Assembly: GCA_002633005.1 (NCBI GenBank)
Contig: NMRA01000077.1
Coordinates: 434,001 to 498,000 of the forward strand
Length of the DNA stretch: 64,000 nucleotides
Source of the DNA: Phoronis australis
Taxonomy: Eukaryota > Animalia > Phoronida
Direction of reading: 5' to 3'
Numbering within the stretch: the stretch's first letter is position 1; each line of letters begins with the position of its first letter. Below, piece by piece: positions 12,201 to 27,200 of this stretch. Made by a program: the position numbers and the translations under genes. Under the pieces are notes generated by a model, which was not told the DNA's origin, ran no database searches, and saw nothing but the letters and a program-made list of their open reading frames with translations.

Positions 12201-15200
12201 ACATCCCTCACAATCTATGCAATTGGCAGTATTGCTCTGCAGGTATGACTAGATAACTGTAATTGAGCCCAACCCATGTATTGCTCTGCAGGTATGACTA
12301 GATAACTGTAATTGAGCCCAACCCATGTACTGCTCTGCAGGTATGACTAGATAACTGTAATTGAGCATGAATAGGTAAGTGCAAACAGCCAATTCCCAAG
12401 TCCTACTTAATGTCCCCTCCCAAGTCCTACCTAACGTCCCCTCTGCCAAGTCCTGCCTCTTGTCCCCTTCCCCAAGTCCTGCTTCTTGTCTCCTCCCCAA
12501 GTCCTGTCTCATGTCTCCTCTCCAAGTCCTACCTAATGTCCCCTCCCCCAAGTCCTACCTTATGTCCCCTCCCCAAAGTCCTATCTTATGAACTTCTCCC
12601 CCACGTCCTATCTAATGTCCCCTCTCCCAAGCCCTGCCTTATTTCCCCTCCCCCACGTCCTACCTTATGACCCCTCACCCAAGTCCTACCTAATGTCCCC
12701 TCCCCCAAGTCCTGTATCAGTTGCGCCGTCTCCAGTGTTAACAGCGCTGTCGATTTCGCTTTCGGCGCCGGTTTACTCTGTGTTTCTTGCTGCTCTCCAA
12801 CTTCTCCATTGACAGCACCATTGACTGTTGGTTCTGGCTCTTCAGGTATTGTACTGTCGTCCAGACCGACAAATATCAAACCATGTTCCTAAGAAAACAT
12901 CATTAGAATCTTTAGAAGGACAACACTTTAATGTATAAACTATCCCCATATTTATCACGGAATCACACAGATGAATTTTCACTCGAGTAAAATAGCTTAA
13001 AAGGTCAATGAAAACTGCAAATGATATGAAGCTACTAGGCACTGTCCAACATTACTAGGTATTGTCCACTACTGGGAACTGTCCACCACTACTGGGCACT
13101 GTCCACCACTACTGGGCACTGTCCACTACTACTGGGCACTGTCCACCACTATTGGGCACTGTCCACCCCTACTGGACACTGTCCACCACTACTGGGCACT
13201 GTCCACCACTAATGGGCACTCTCCACCACTACAGGGCACTGTCCACCACTACTGGGCACTGTCCACCACTACTGGGCACTGTCCACCACTACTGGGCACT
13301 GTCCACCACTACTGGGCACTGTCCACCACTACTGGGCACTGTTCACCACTACTGGGAACTGTCCACTAACAATGCGATGTGTAATATTCATTGCACGAAA
13401 CAAAGACTGTATTAATTTTTGTCCATAGTCATTTGAGCAATACTATTCACAGAACGTTTACCTAATTTCAAAAGCGTACGAAACAAAAGGTGGAGAGAAG
13501 GTGGTTAAAAACTAGGGTGTGCTTTTAAAGCTTCCTAAAACAATGTACACTGAGACAAAAATCATCAGTTTTTATGTGGCAGGGAAGTCCACCAAAAAGA
13601 CTATCATGTCTGTTGTGATTTTGAGAATGCCTATAATTAATTGCAGACAATCCTTTACAGTTCATTCTCATGACTACATTATTTCATTTTCTTATGGCGA
13701 AAGCGTACCAACAGGTTTGATGGCAACACAAACATATTGCATAGTTAGGAATTGATCCCCTAATTATATCCTTACCTCGATTAACTTGTCTCGAAGTTCT
13801 AACTGGTGTTTTACAAATTCTAAATCAAACCCCAATTGCTTATAATCTCTTTTCTTCGCTTCTAATTCCTATGAATAAAACAAAAAGGACATTCAAAACA
13901 CAATAAGGGTGTTTGCGATAAAATCAATTTCTATTTTGTAAACAGTCACTCAACAACTAATCCAATAACTTAAGTCACAATCTGATCATTCAACTATTCA
14001 AGACGAAAAAGGCACATAATGTAAACTGTTTTAATAAAATCTGTCTTAACAAAGCATCGTTACCCAAATACACAAAAACACACTTAACAAACACTTTTGT
14101 CACAGATTCTCTAGATGACTCATGCCCTGCTTCAGGCAATGGAATATTTTATACCCAATTTGAACAATGCACAATAAATATAGAAAAGAAATGTAACATT
14201 TATATCATATTTAGCCCAGACTCTAACAGGATGTAATTACAAAAGACTGAAGAACAACAAGGTAAAGCCTAAAATAATAGCTGGAACAATGTCATAATCA
14301 AGAACATTTATGTATTTCTTAGAAAATATACTCACCCGTGACCTATCCTTGCACTCCCTCTGAACTTCTAACATGGACTCCTCCATTTCTTCCATCCTGT
14401 CCTTGAGGAGATCCACTTGGTAAATAAGAGACTGTTTCTCATTGTCTAACTGAGCATTGTTCATCATGGCCTTTTTATACTTGTCCTCTAACTCCATCAG
14501 CTGATTCTATAACAGTTACAAATATAAGACTAATGAGAAACTATAAGAGGATAAATAAAGGATTCAACATCACAAATGCCCCCAATTCAAGCATTGTTTG
14601 AATTGAGAGAAATTTATTCAATCCCATAAAACTTACAGAGCTACAAAACTGCATTCCACAATCTTCCATTTCACCCACTGTAACTTTTATAAACACAATC
14701 ACTTTCATTGACAATACTGATCTCAGAAGCCAACAATTCAATCTAAATGCATGATATGGTATCAGCAACACAAGACAACAAAATGAACCAATCAACTACA
14801 GCTGCACTTCAATCAGAGACTGCATTCACACTCTTTCTAAATTTAAAGAAATTTTAAGACATGTCAAAACCACAAATAATTTTGAAACACGGATTTAGGA
14901 AGCCCAATGCAAACAAACTCATATGACCTTGTTATACAAAAAAGAGACTACGTTTGCATCACAGTAAATGTTGCTGACTGTTTGAAGTTACTTTTGGCAA
15001 ACATCAAACACAATTCAAAATCTGCTGTTCAAGCTACACATTGGCAAGCAAAAACCACTATGGCAGACATTCTACCTTAACATCGCGGGGGTTATCTGAC
15101 GGGTCTCCGGAGTCATCACTACCCCTCCTCGAGGATGCCCGATGTGTAGTAGCCTGAAATACATAGTATTACGCTAATTTTCAACCAGTAACGACACTTT

Positions 15201-18200
15201 CCTTCATGTGGTGCTTAGTTCAAAGATCTGGTGCAAATTTTGTACTCATTAGAACATGCCACTAAAACAATACAAATCCATTATTTCAATAAGAAGTATC
15301 ATGTGTTGTGGGACACACACCATGTTTAATGTTACTTTTAGTAACAAACATATCGCTGGTTCTCATGTTTAGATATTCTTCCATAATTGTCATTTACTGT
15401 TCCTCTGGCACATATGATCCATGGAACACTGAAAAATGACATAAACACCTCAGCAAAAGGTCTGCATCTCGGGTCTGTATTCGCTTCCACTGAGCAAACT
15501 AAATGACTGACAAATACTGTGCACAACAGTTAATGGAACATTGTTTAATCTACGGAAGTAAATGCAGAAACAGGATGAGGGTTTTTTGTTGGACCGTTCA
15601 CGTCATGTTCACGTTTTCCTTGGATAGTCAGTACAGATCAAGGCAGCAATATCTAACTTGGAAAACTGTCTCCATGATACTAAACATAACATCAAAAATA
15701 GTTGTGTTCCCCATTAAGGCAGCACTCTACATGTCAAACAGACTGATCAGCATTTTGATGTGTAATACTGTTTGCGATGTTAAATAATTCACTTAGCATC
15801 AGGCAAATGAATTTCCACCAGACAATCAACCACATGCAGTTTACCAAACGCTAAACAAGTGCAGAGAATTTTCAAAAATATAGGAACCTATAATATAATA
15901 TGATTTGTACAGATTATTGAGTTATAAAGCAGTATTTCAGTCATTGAATTGTAATATTGACTGCTACTATCATGGTTAAGCTACTTAAAAATTTCCTTCA
16001 CAACTTTTTCGTGAAGCTGCAATTACTACACCGAGACTTGAACCCGTTCTGGTGGTCTCTCTCATTTCACAGGCCTCAACTACACCACTGTCTTTTTATT
16101 TCATCCGAATTCTGGCATTTTTTATATAAACGTAATATGTAAATCACCAGGTGAATGCAAACCTGCATCAAGGTTCCCACCATCATGTTACTGCGTATTT
16201 TCAAAGGCTAAAATATTTACTGACACATCATATGTGCGGACTCTGGCACACACACTCTGAATGTGCTCACACTCAACTAGTGAATGGATCAATGTAACCA
16301 AATGACGTTTGCCAACTGTTTTACAATAAAAACAGCCATTGTAAGACTCTAAAACATGATATCAATTGCCAAAATGTAATCGATTGGTCCTTTGTCCATT
16401 CCTGTAATGTTTTTCAAAATCTCTCCACAACACTTCAGGCCAAAACTGGAGGCTGACTGACTGAACGAGTACCACATACAATTAAAACCCCCAAACTGGA
16501 GGCTGACTAACTGAAGGAGTACCGCATACCATTCAAACATTTTCTCCTTCCATGAATTATTCAGCAGAAGTAATCAAACAATAAAACATTTGTTGACCTT
16601 GAAACTCAGTTAACAAGTTGGCTTGCAGACCCCAAAAATGCGATAATGACCTCGAGTCTGCCTCGGTCATAAGCACAATTCTGGGGTCTGAAAATCAACA
16701 TATTGACCTCCGATAAAGATGATAATTGTATAATAATTTTAGGTTAAAAGTCATTGAAAATCTCGCCACAGAACTTCGTAAGGTTCAAACTTTTTAAACA
16801 AATTGTCAGCTCATGATTGCTCAAGACATTCTCAGGGTGCATGTCATAATAATCACACTTATGGTTGAAATATTTGTTTAAACTCCACTGACGCCCAGCT
16901 GAACAAGTGACCTGACAACAGGCGTGTGACGTTCACTATGTACTAATGACTGCTACTGTTCAGTACATACTCTGTCTCCCAGCAACTCATAACTCTTGTC
17001 CTGTCTTTCCTCAGCTTCCCGTTGCTGTTTCTCCAACTCTTTCATGCGAATCTCACGAGCTTCCGCTCGTGCTGCACGCTTGGCTGACAGACGGGCCTCG
17101 GCCTGGAACGCAGAAACAGTGAATACTTTAAAATAATGCATAATACTACAACACCAAAGCAGTTTATTTGTTGCAACTACATCAAGCCTACCACAACACA
17201 CGAAGCATTATAAATACATACTTTACCCCTTACTAAAACACATTCCTCACTCATAAGAAAACTTAAACTTTTGTACTTTAGAGTATGGGATAAGAACATT
17301 TAACAGAAAATTCGCATAGTGCAGATTTTTTATCATGTTGCAGACACAAATATAAAGTACTAAGCCTTAGGCACAAAGCATGTAGCATTTATTCAGACAA
17401 ACCATTGGCAATCTGCCGACCAAATTTCTAAAGGAACTGATCTAATTCCTGGACAAAAGACAGTATTAACGACAATGAATGTGACTTATAGTAGGACTGT
17501 GAGCTCACTATGAGATCACAATAACTGACAACTAAAAGAGCAAAATTGCTAAAGGTGCATCAAAAACTAACTTGATTTGGACCACTTAACCAGGGCTTGA
17601 CATTAACTTTTTTGTTAACTTACCGTTGAATAGCTAAACCAAAACCTTGCCCACAGAAAAAAATTGCGCACCCAAATCGTTAAATTGTAAAACCGTCACC
17701 ACCTAGAGCTTCTCAAGTTAGATCTAGATATTTTAATTCACTCTTCAAATCAAAAAGCCAGTTGATCATGCTATTTGGAATTTCACTTGCCTGACAGTAA
17801 AGTTGCCTGCTGTCAGGCTGCTATATCAAGCCATGTCACCATTATGAAGCTAGTATAAACTTGTTCCCCTCTCAAATCAGAAGTGACTTTTGGGCTTGGA
17901 AGTAACTGTCATGAACACTGCTTACCAATTACATGAGTTTGTGGAGTACTACTAGATTTTTCAACCTGACACTAAAACTACAATCACAAATCTTAGACAT
18001 GGTTACTGCAGTGACACCTGAAAACTTCTGTACTTAAGTTCTTTATATCAATTAAAAACTAAAACATATTCTTTCACACTCGAGCCAGAACAAATCAATA
18101 AGTTCAGGCAAAACAGGAAATAATTCTAAATATTACAGCACTCTAAATCAGAAACCTAGTCAGACGTTACACAGACAGACTGAGGAGGTATAAATAATAA

Positions 18201-21200
18201 TACTATTAATAGGTATTCTGGCCCCTAGGACAACTATTATGATTGTAGATATCTCATTAGCCACAAGTCGATAAGACCATGTCAACTTCACATTGGAGCC
18301 GAGGGCCCAGCAGTGACTGTCTGTCCCAGGGCTCAGATGGTTCACATCCTTAATGGGAAAGCAAACCATTGTAATATCACCTTTAATAAAACCTCAAATT
18401 CCTGGTTATCTTTCAAAGTAATATATTTTAAGTATTAAATACAGCACCTGTCACTCTATTAACTATGTATGCAACAACAGAAAGTGAACTTGAGTGCACA
18501 GCAAAAAGGCACACTTCTAGTTACAATATCAACAACATACATGTTTTTAGTGTTCATGTCCTCAAAGGACTGCAAGTGCAGTGAAATCAAGGATGTTAAA
18601 ATTTCAGTTTATAAATTATCACACTTCAGCGCTGAAAAATTGACTGGCATTCACAGTTTAGAAACTACATTTTCTAATAAATTCATAACACGATATATTT
18701 CTGACATGTTTCATGTGTTTGTCTTACACCTGTTTGGCAGGTGGTATTTCTGCATGGATGTATCACCTATTATGCTGAAGATGCACAGACAGCCAGTTAA
18801 GAATGGTACATGTCAGTAAACTCACACGCAAATTATCTGCGAAACAACATTTTCACTAATTATCTGCGAAACAACATTTTCACTAATTATGAGCTAATAA
18901 CACACAAAATTCTTCAATTTCTGAGAAAAGTCCTTGCTAAAATTGCAGTTTTTCGAGTATGTCTAGATTGATCCAAATGCAGAAATTCTTGGATTTTTGT
19001 CACATTTATGTGACGTTTGTGAGGTAGTATTCTCTTAATTATTATTTTGACAAGAAAATAAAATCCTATTGCATCCTAAATTGAATTGTTATAGTAGACC
19101 AGTTTGAGTTTTTGGTAGGAGTGAATGTCACTACATAGGTGGATTTTGCATTAACCTTTTGTGAGCATGGACAAGTTTTTGGTAGGAGTGAATGTCACTA
19201 CATAGGTGGATTTTGCATTAACCTTTTGTCAGCATGGACAAGTTTTGCTACAACTCTTCATTTGAGGCATCAAATTTTTGGGTTACAACTGAATGCTGCA
19301 ATATCTTCCTTGTCTTAACACGCATGCATAACTAGATACATATTTCCTGTAATACTATATGGGGTATCAGATGTATGCATTTTACCAATCTGGGGTATCA
19401 GATGTATGCATTTTACCAAGTGTTCTACAAAATCCCTAATAACGTGCACACCTTTGACAATGTTATACATTTCCCATTACAGTTTATTTGGGGCATCCCA
19501 TTTTTGGGTTTTGACTGAGAATTCCTATTATGTTGCTGGTCTCAACTTACACCCCTTCACAATGATGGATATATTTCCCCAGCTACCTTTCATTTAGGTT
19601 ATATACTGTTCCAGTTTGGCAACAACAGTGAAAAGGTCATAAGCAAAGTGCACTGCATACAACTTCTGTTATGACAACTGCAGTACCATCTGGCAAGTCC
19701 TGCTGATTGACTAGGCCTGGCTTCACTGCCGTCTCCATAATCACTTTGGTCTCACCAATATTTACTCATATGTCTTCCCAGCAATTACTCCAATCCAAGT
19801 TCCCAGTGGATGCACTAGTATGTAAGATTTTGTGTCAATATATTGTGCATATCACAGACATAGCAAGTGAGCCACCAGGAATTGTCAGGAGAAGCTACTT
19901 TTCACCCCTGCTGCACTAAGTGATGTTCTAGACATCAAGTTTGAGTGACCATTTCCAGCTTACAGATCACTTAAAACACAAATTAAGAATAAGGTTATTC
20001 AACCACACAAATCCACCTCAAACCTTTCCGGCACCATGTCAGAAAATGATTTCCACACCAAGAAACACTATAAAAAACCTGATCAATCTCAGTTCAAAAA
20101 TAATTGCCACTGTTGTTTCTTTTCATTGTCCTGAAGCTTTTAACACTATTGTGAATTGCTCACAAGTTCTCAAAACATTGTCTGACAGTCATTTGGTGCT
20201 AAACATCTTTTATGAAACAATAAAAATGTAAAAATTTATCTGCCCACCATAGTGTGTCTTACATATGTGATATCACAACCACAAGAATTGGAGGTAAAAC
20301 AATGTCAACATGGCTTTTCTCAGGTCTGTGCAAACTTTCCATCATTAGCCAGCCTCATTAACTGCAGGTGATCACTTAAAATGACGGAAAACAGAAATTT
20401 TTATCAAGGCAAGGAATATATGGGGTCCAGTTTGCCAGAGTAAAATAAGACAGATTTGGTGATATTCATCTTCAGGTTGCTAGAAGGGAGGAAATATTCT
20501 TTTGAAGTGACACGATGGATGCAAAACTTTAAATGTGAAACTAATCTTAACGGATCAATGTTTGTCAAACAGAATATGTTATGCAGCTGTTTGAAGTTTC
20601 TTCTTGAAAATTATCCACACAAGTTCTGGGCTTTTTAAACGGATCAACCAGTGGAAACATTTCTTGACAAGAAATGTTCATAAAAGAAAACAAGAGGTGC
20701 TTTTTTCTAGAGCAAACCGTACAACTCGGGCAATGTAACAAAAACTTGCACAATATTTGTACTTTCTGCTTGTAAGTCACAATGTACATCCGCTTTAAAC
20801 CTTCGATAATATCAGAACTGTATAACTTTTACAGACATTTTAATAGTAAATATAACCATTGATTTATTAGATCAGTTCGTTACACCACTTATTTCATCAA
20901 AATGGCCATCGTCCAAATACATGTACAGTAAAATCTAACCAATGCAATATACAATGTATCTGACAACTGAAATTTTATTTTTCCAATTTTCGCATAAAGG
21001 ATGTTGATGGAACCCCAAAGCTACAACAGTGTGCCCACCTAGCGTGCTTTGCTTCTCAGTTTAATTTCAAACTGATAGGCCTCAATGCATGCTTTGAAAT
21101 ATGGAATCTAAATTATTTTCAAATCACACCAGGTGACACAAGCATCTTATGCAGTCGTGTTGTGGAAATGAGGCGTACCGCAATGCTACATCCTGTGCCA

Positions 21201-24200
21201 CAATATGTTTAGAAAAGAATCCGTCTTTCTTCCAAGTCTTGAGAGAACCAATTCCTAGCCGCGCTTACTCTGTTCTGATAACCATGGTCTTGTCATGTGA
21301 AACTGTCGTTAGAATAGCCTATCTTACGTATGTATATAGTGCACTATGAACCTAGACTAGTGTTGCAGTCAAGTCTACCTTTCCCCACAAGGCACGGTGT
21401 TGACTCCGTAATTCAAACACCATTCTGAGCATAGATGGACAAATCTGCTACGCTAAAGGACAATTTTTCTTGACCACTTTCTGATGCAGTGGACTATCCT
21501 GTTCACCATTCCCTCGCTTGTTGTCGCCAATTGCGGGATCTTTTTAAGTACACATGCACACACAGTCACACACAGTCACACACACAACAGAGCAATACCA
21601 TCAAGACACACAGGCAGCCCATAGACAGCGGATCTCAGGCATGACCTGCACTGATAACTACCATGAATTATCCTCAGTGGAATTCACCCCAGGGAAAGCA
21701 ATAGAGCAGTGACAAAAGAAGAGGAAACACAAGAGAAGGAGATTACACAAACTGAATACACAAATGACATCAAAAGTTGATCAAATGCAGCCTGGTTTAA
21801 TAATATACGCCAGCTCATCCCTGGAGATATTAATAACACATCTCTTCAAAACAAGTTTTAAGAAATAACAGCCTCACTGGAGGAGCAACATGGGTCTAGT
21901 ATTATAACTGGGTGACAGTCACATCCTCATCAAAGTCATTTTCAACATTAGACATTTTAAGTACAGTTTGCATATTATAAGTACCGTCGCTCAAAGTATC
22001 GGTCCAAACAGTTGATTGGACGGTGGTAGAATGTTTGCACTAAGAAGCAGTGATCCCTGAGGTATTTTTAAGACAACTGAGCCAAGTACCAAATACCAAG
22101 TTCAAAGCTTAAAGCTACCACAAGAAACTCCTCCAGTATCTCAGTCAGCAATGCAGTGTTGCAGAGCACCATCAGTGCATTCCCACAGCATCCATATGAA
22201 AACTTTATGCAGTGATCTTCAATGTGAAATTCCTAAAAATAACACCTAAAGTTAGCTGACATCAGCGATCACAACAAGGTAGGACACCAGGAAAATGCAC
22301 AAATTTGGCTAACTTCGGAACATCATATCTCAGAATAAAATTCACACTACACTTTCACATAACATGCTTTATTCCTAGTTCACACTAAACTTTCACATAA
22401 CACGCTTTATTCCTAGTTCACACTAAACTTTCACATAACACGCTTTATTCCTAGTTCACACTAAACTTTTCACATAACACGCATTCCTAGTTCACACTAA
22501 ACTTTCACATAACATGCTTTATTCCTAGTTCACACGAAACTTTCACATAACATGCTTCATTCCTAGTTCTCCAAAACACTGTTAGGATTTGTTTTCAAAC
22601 TGTGCCACATTTGCATGAGGGGCTAATAAAATAATCATATGAACGTGACTGTTCTTTCTTTTCAAGTTTTGTACAAAATGAAAGGTATTTTAGAAAACTT
22701 GTAACACCATTTTTTTGAGATTTCATCTTGAACATAAAGTCAAAAGAAATTGAGCCATGTCATTGATACCATTGTTTATCTATGAATGTAGCTTTCTTTT
22801 TCGCAAATTTCATTAAAAAGACATGGTCACATAACCCAATTAATGAAAGATTGGTGTAAAACAAAAAATCATATTCCACAGGCTTTATATGATCAGAAAC
22901 TTTATACTTTTACAATGTTAAGATCTATAATGTTATAGATATTAAGCTAAAAATATGCAGACTTTTGGATAAGGTGCCACATAAGCTTAAGAGCTAATCT
23001 ATTCCTCACTCAATATCCTTGACTTCTGATCATTCATAAAAATCTGCCAAACAAATGTAGAGTGAGGATGTTCTCTGGTACGCCATACATGAGCACTAGC
23101 CTATAACAGTCTGGACCAGTGACTATTCTTGGAAGATCTTCACAAAATGTTGTGCTTATCCAGCTACCAATAATCAGTGTACATGGTGTATCTATCCTTA
23201 GTACCTTGAGGTGAAACAGCTGTATGAAACAGCACAGTGAACCCAGGATTCTGTTTAGGATTACAAATCAACAGCTTGCTTGACTTTAGCTATGATCAAT
23301 AAAAAAAGTTCACTGACTCAATTTTGTACACTTGCCTATTAATGCTATCAATAGTGCACACTTCAATAAAACTTTAGATAAAAATAACGACTGAATACTC
23401 GCTAATTGTTTATGATATTGCAGTGCCAACAACGGACTGAGGTAAAACGTCATTTCTAAAATGTACCAAAATCAAGTGCTTCCTAAATTCATAATCCTAC
23501 AATTGAGAAAGTTGAAAGGGTACATTGCCAAGTAGACTGTCCCATTTAGACAACACGAATATTGTTTTTTATGTAAAATGGTGATTATTCGTTGTTAGTG
23601 TTCGTTTTACCAGTGTTTTTACAAAGAACTAGATTTTAGCTAAGAAACAGAGCAGGGGGTCATCCAGAATTTCAAAAATAGGGCGTCCAAAATGAGTTCC
23701 CTGATTTCTCAGGGCCTGCATAACTAATAAAATGCTGCAACAATACTTATGACCCCAAATCAAATTGCTGTTATAATGTGGTATGTTAATGTAGATATGG
23801 ATCTGCAGTTTTCTTTTTTTACACTGTATCACTTCGAAATCAACTTCTTTGTTCTGGAGAGCTGCTGCTAACAAGTTAAAGAGACAATCATGCTTACTTG
23901 CTGAACATAGTCTCTAAATTTGAGTCAGAGTGTCCATTTGGAAGCCCTGGAGAGCCTCAAAGTGAAGACCTGAAGCACGGGAGTTAATGCTTCATATTGC
24001 ATGAATGCTAGATGAGTGTTACAAATTGTTCCAAGTCAATGCTACATGCTTCTTCATCACATACTGACTTGGACCTCAAGCTTAGCAAAATGAGTAAACA
24101 ATGTTTTCAACAGTAGAAAAAATACGCCACATGCAAGCACTCTAATTCATAACATGCAAGCACTCTAATTCATATTTAACACAGTGACAAATTCAATATT

Positions 24201-27200
24201 ATTTCTCATTTCCTAAGCACTAAGGTCATTAACAAGGTAGGTACATATTTCTGAACCATAACAGCAAGGACTGACCGTACAGCTATAGCACACTCATAAT
24301 TTATTCACATCATTTCACACTGACACAGGGTATGGATGGATAGAATTACACGCTACATGGCTAGACTTCAGTATTCTTCCATAATTTCATAAACACATAG
24401 TCAATTGATGCTTCTTAATTCAGTTATCTGCCAAATTCACATTTCATCACTTTCACAACATTCTCGCGACTGTTAACCCTAACCAACTAACTGAAGGTTC
24501 ATAACAGTCTTATAAATTTACTAAGCTGGAACTGGTGACTGGGCACTTGAATGAAATGTGACATCCTAGATGACTCCTCCCATACAAAGAGGAAGGAATT
24601 TTTATGATCTGGGCAAATACATAGGGTATTGATACTGGCAGCATTTTTAATAAAATCAACACCATGTATGAATCATGTGCCTAATTTGCACCATGAGTTG
24701 GGATATACACAAGTGTTTCTGACCGACTATATCCTTAATTTGGGAAGATAATTTGCAATTCTTCTCAAAAGAGCAACGTAACAGTTGAGTGCCCCCTTTA
24801 CCAAAGGTTTTTTTGAACAGAATATACTTCAGGGATTTGTCACCAGGGGTCACTGGCAGCCATGTTATAAGCACAAACTATGCCACCTGGTATTTACTCA
24901 ATTGACTGATTCGTCACGATGCCATTACTAAGTTATCGCTATCAGAAAAAAGTCAATGGAATAGACATGGGACTTTCACTACCGTTATGCGACAACAGAG
25001 TTTCTTTAATGCGAATGTAGCAATAATTAGGATTAAGGCTGAAGTCACCCTTACACTTGGACGATTAAGTCAAAGCAATTCGACATGTAGATCATCATTC
25101 CAATGATTAATCTCCTCATGAAGGAGTGAGAGATACCTGTGCACACTGTGGCAATGCTTGCTATTCAGAGAGAAAATTTTAAAATGATTAAAATTTTGAC
25201 ACAAATTATTTTGCGGAGATCAAGGGTGCCTTGATGTAGGCAGGCACAGTATTCTGCGTGTCATTAGGGCACAATTCTGTCCTAATTAATGCATAATTTT
25301 TTGCAAAATTCTGTGCCAAAACATCATGCAAGAGCCGGAGTGGCTTGAGAACAGAAATAAAACAATGAATTAAACCAAGCTTGGTGATCTATGATGTACT
25401 AGTAGCAGACCTGAACTAACGAACACCAGGCTAGAAGCAGATTCTATGACTGCCATTGCTGATACACATTTTTTCATATGGCAGCCAAATAATGACATAT
25501 GCATTATCCCTAAACAACACATCACACAACGAAAGAATTGTGTTTTGTTTTGAACACCTAGCTTGTTCCCTATCACCACATATGATGTCACCTCAGTTAA
25601 GAGTAAGATGTTGGGTGATTTTTTCTGAGTTAAAAATAAAGTCCCATGATTCAATTATGGTAAAGAAATTCTGGTTAACTTCCTGCAAAATAATCAACAT
25701 CTTGAAACATAAGTTTGTCACAGTGTTATACTCAAGTTACATCTCAAATGATAATAGTGAACAAACAACAGACACTATTCATTCAGTATCTAGCTCACAA
25801 CAGAAATTTGATACCATAAAGCAATCCACATGGACCAGAAATAAGCTAGGTAAACCATTCACTATTGCCAGTTATCAGGTTTAGTGTACAGTTAGGGTAA
25901 GAGAAAAAAACAACAGCGGAGCGTGTGGTTTTACCTGATTCAGCTTTTTGACAAGCATGCGGACAGGTCTAGAGGTGTATTGAAATACCCTTACTCCAAA
26001 CTATGATAGAGATACTGATAACGTAGTCACAGTGGTATGGCTTAAACAGACTGTCGTCTATCTTTAACCAATTTGTGTACACAAATTTCACACTTTTAAC
26101 CAATATTATAGGTGATTAACTCATTTCAGTGGTTCATGAAAGTTACCTGATACAGGAAAATAATTATAATCAACAGTTTCTAAGTTATTAATACATAATT
26201 CATAGAGATATCTTGAATTGTGACCATTTTTGTTTCACTTGAGCAGTCCACATGGACTGGTGGAGAACTAAATCTCTTCACACAATACTAGGGTACCAGT
26301 ATTAAGTACTAAATGAAATTTCAAAAAACATTGCATGAAAAACCTGACATGGGGATAGCGAATTTCTGATGTTTGGAATGACATTTAACTTCAGATATAG
26401 CACAGACAACAGAAAGGACAATTTAAAACACATCTACAGACTCAGTGGAGATAAATTTGTTGGGACTACCTGTGTATGGCGATTTGTCACATTCAATTTG
26501 GATGTTTACAAAACCTAAGACCTAAAGGTCTAAGTGGTTGGACATGTTTACAGTATATGCCAACATCCAATTATTAACCTTTAGGAAGTTGACATCTATG
26601 ATGATAAGTCACCATTTTAGGAGAACAAGCTTAATTATTTGGACTTTCTAAAAAGGTGACACAGGAAGTCATCCATAGCATACCATTAATCCAGGCTGGT
26701 ATTTAGACGGATACTGAAAGTCTGTTATGGAGCAAGATGACATGTAGCACCTTGCAGATGTTTTACATCACCACACAGCTTACTCACAAACTATGTCCCT
26801 GCAGAACCAATCAGTAAAGAAGGCAAATGTGTCCACACTCCAGATCAGAAACTAAACAACCTCATTTAGCTGTACAACAATGCAAAAATGCCAGTGGTAT
26901 TTTTTGAAAATAGACTAAAAAGAATGAGAACAAGATTAAATTTAGAGAGTGGTAAAACCTTTGATGACCCTGCATCGAAAATTTAGAGTCAAGTTACAGC
27001 ACTAAACATACCAAAATGTCAATGGCCAAGACAAGCTAGAACCACTTATACACATAATGAAGCAGAGAGTTTTGCTTTTTCAGTGATGTCCAAATTATTT
27101 CACTCAAGTCCCCAATAATATAAGTCCTTAATATTGAGAAATTTTATATCTGAACCGAAGTTCTGCAGATTTTGGATATCAAGCTGGCACAAGCCAATAC

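Noticed and set aside
19690-19930. Slightly GC-richer patch that could be a decayed coding fragment
   Set aside because: No recognisable protein motif or consistent splice signals.
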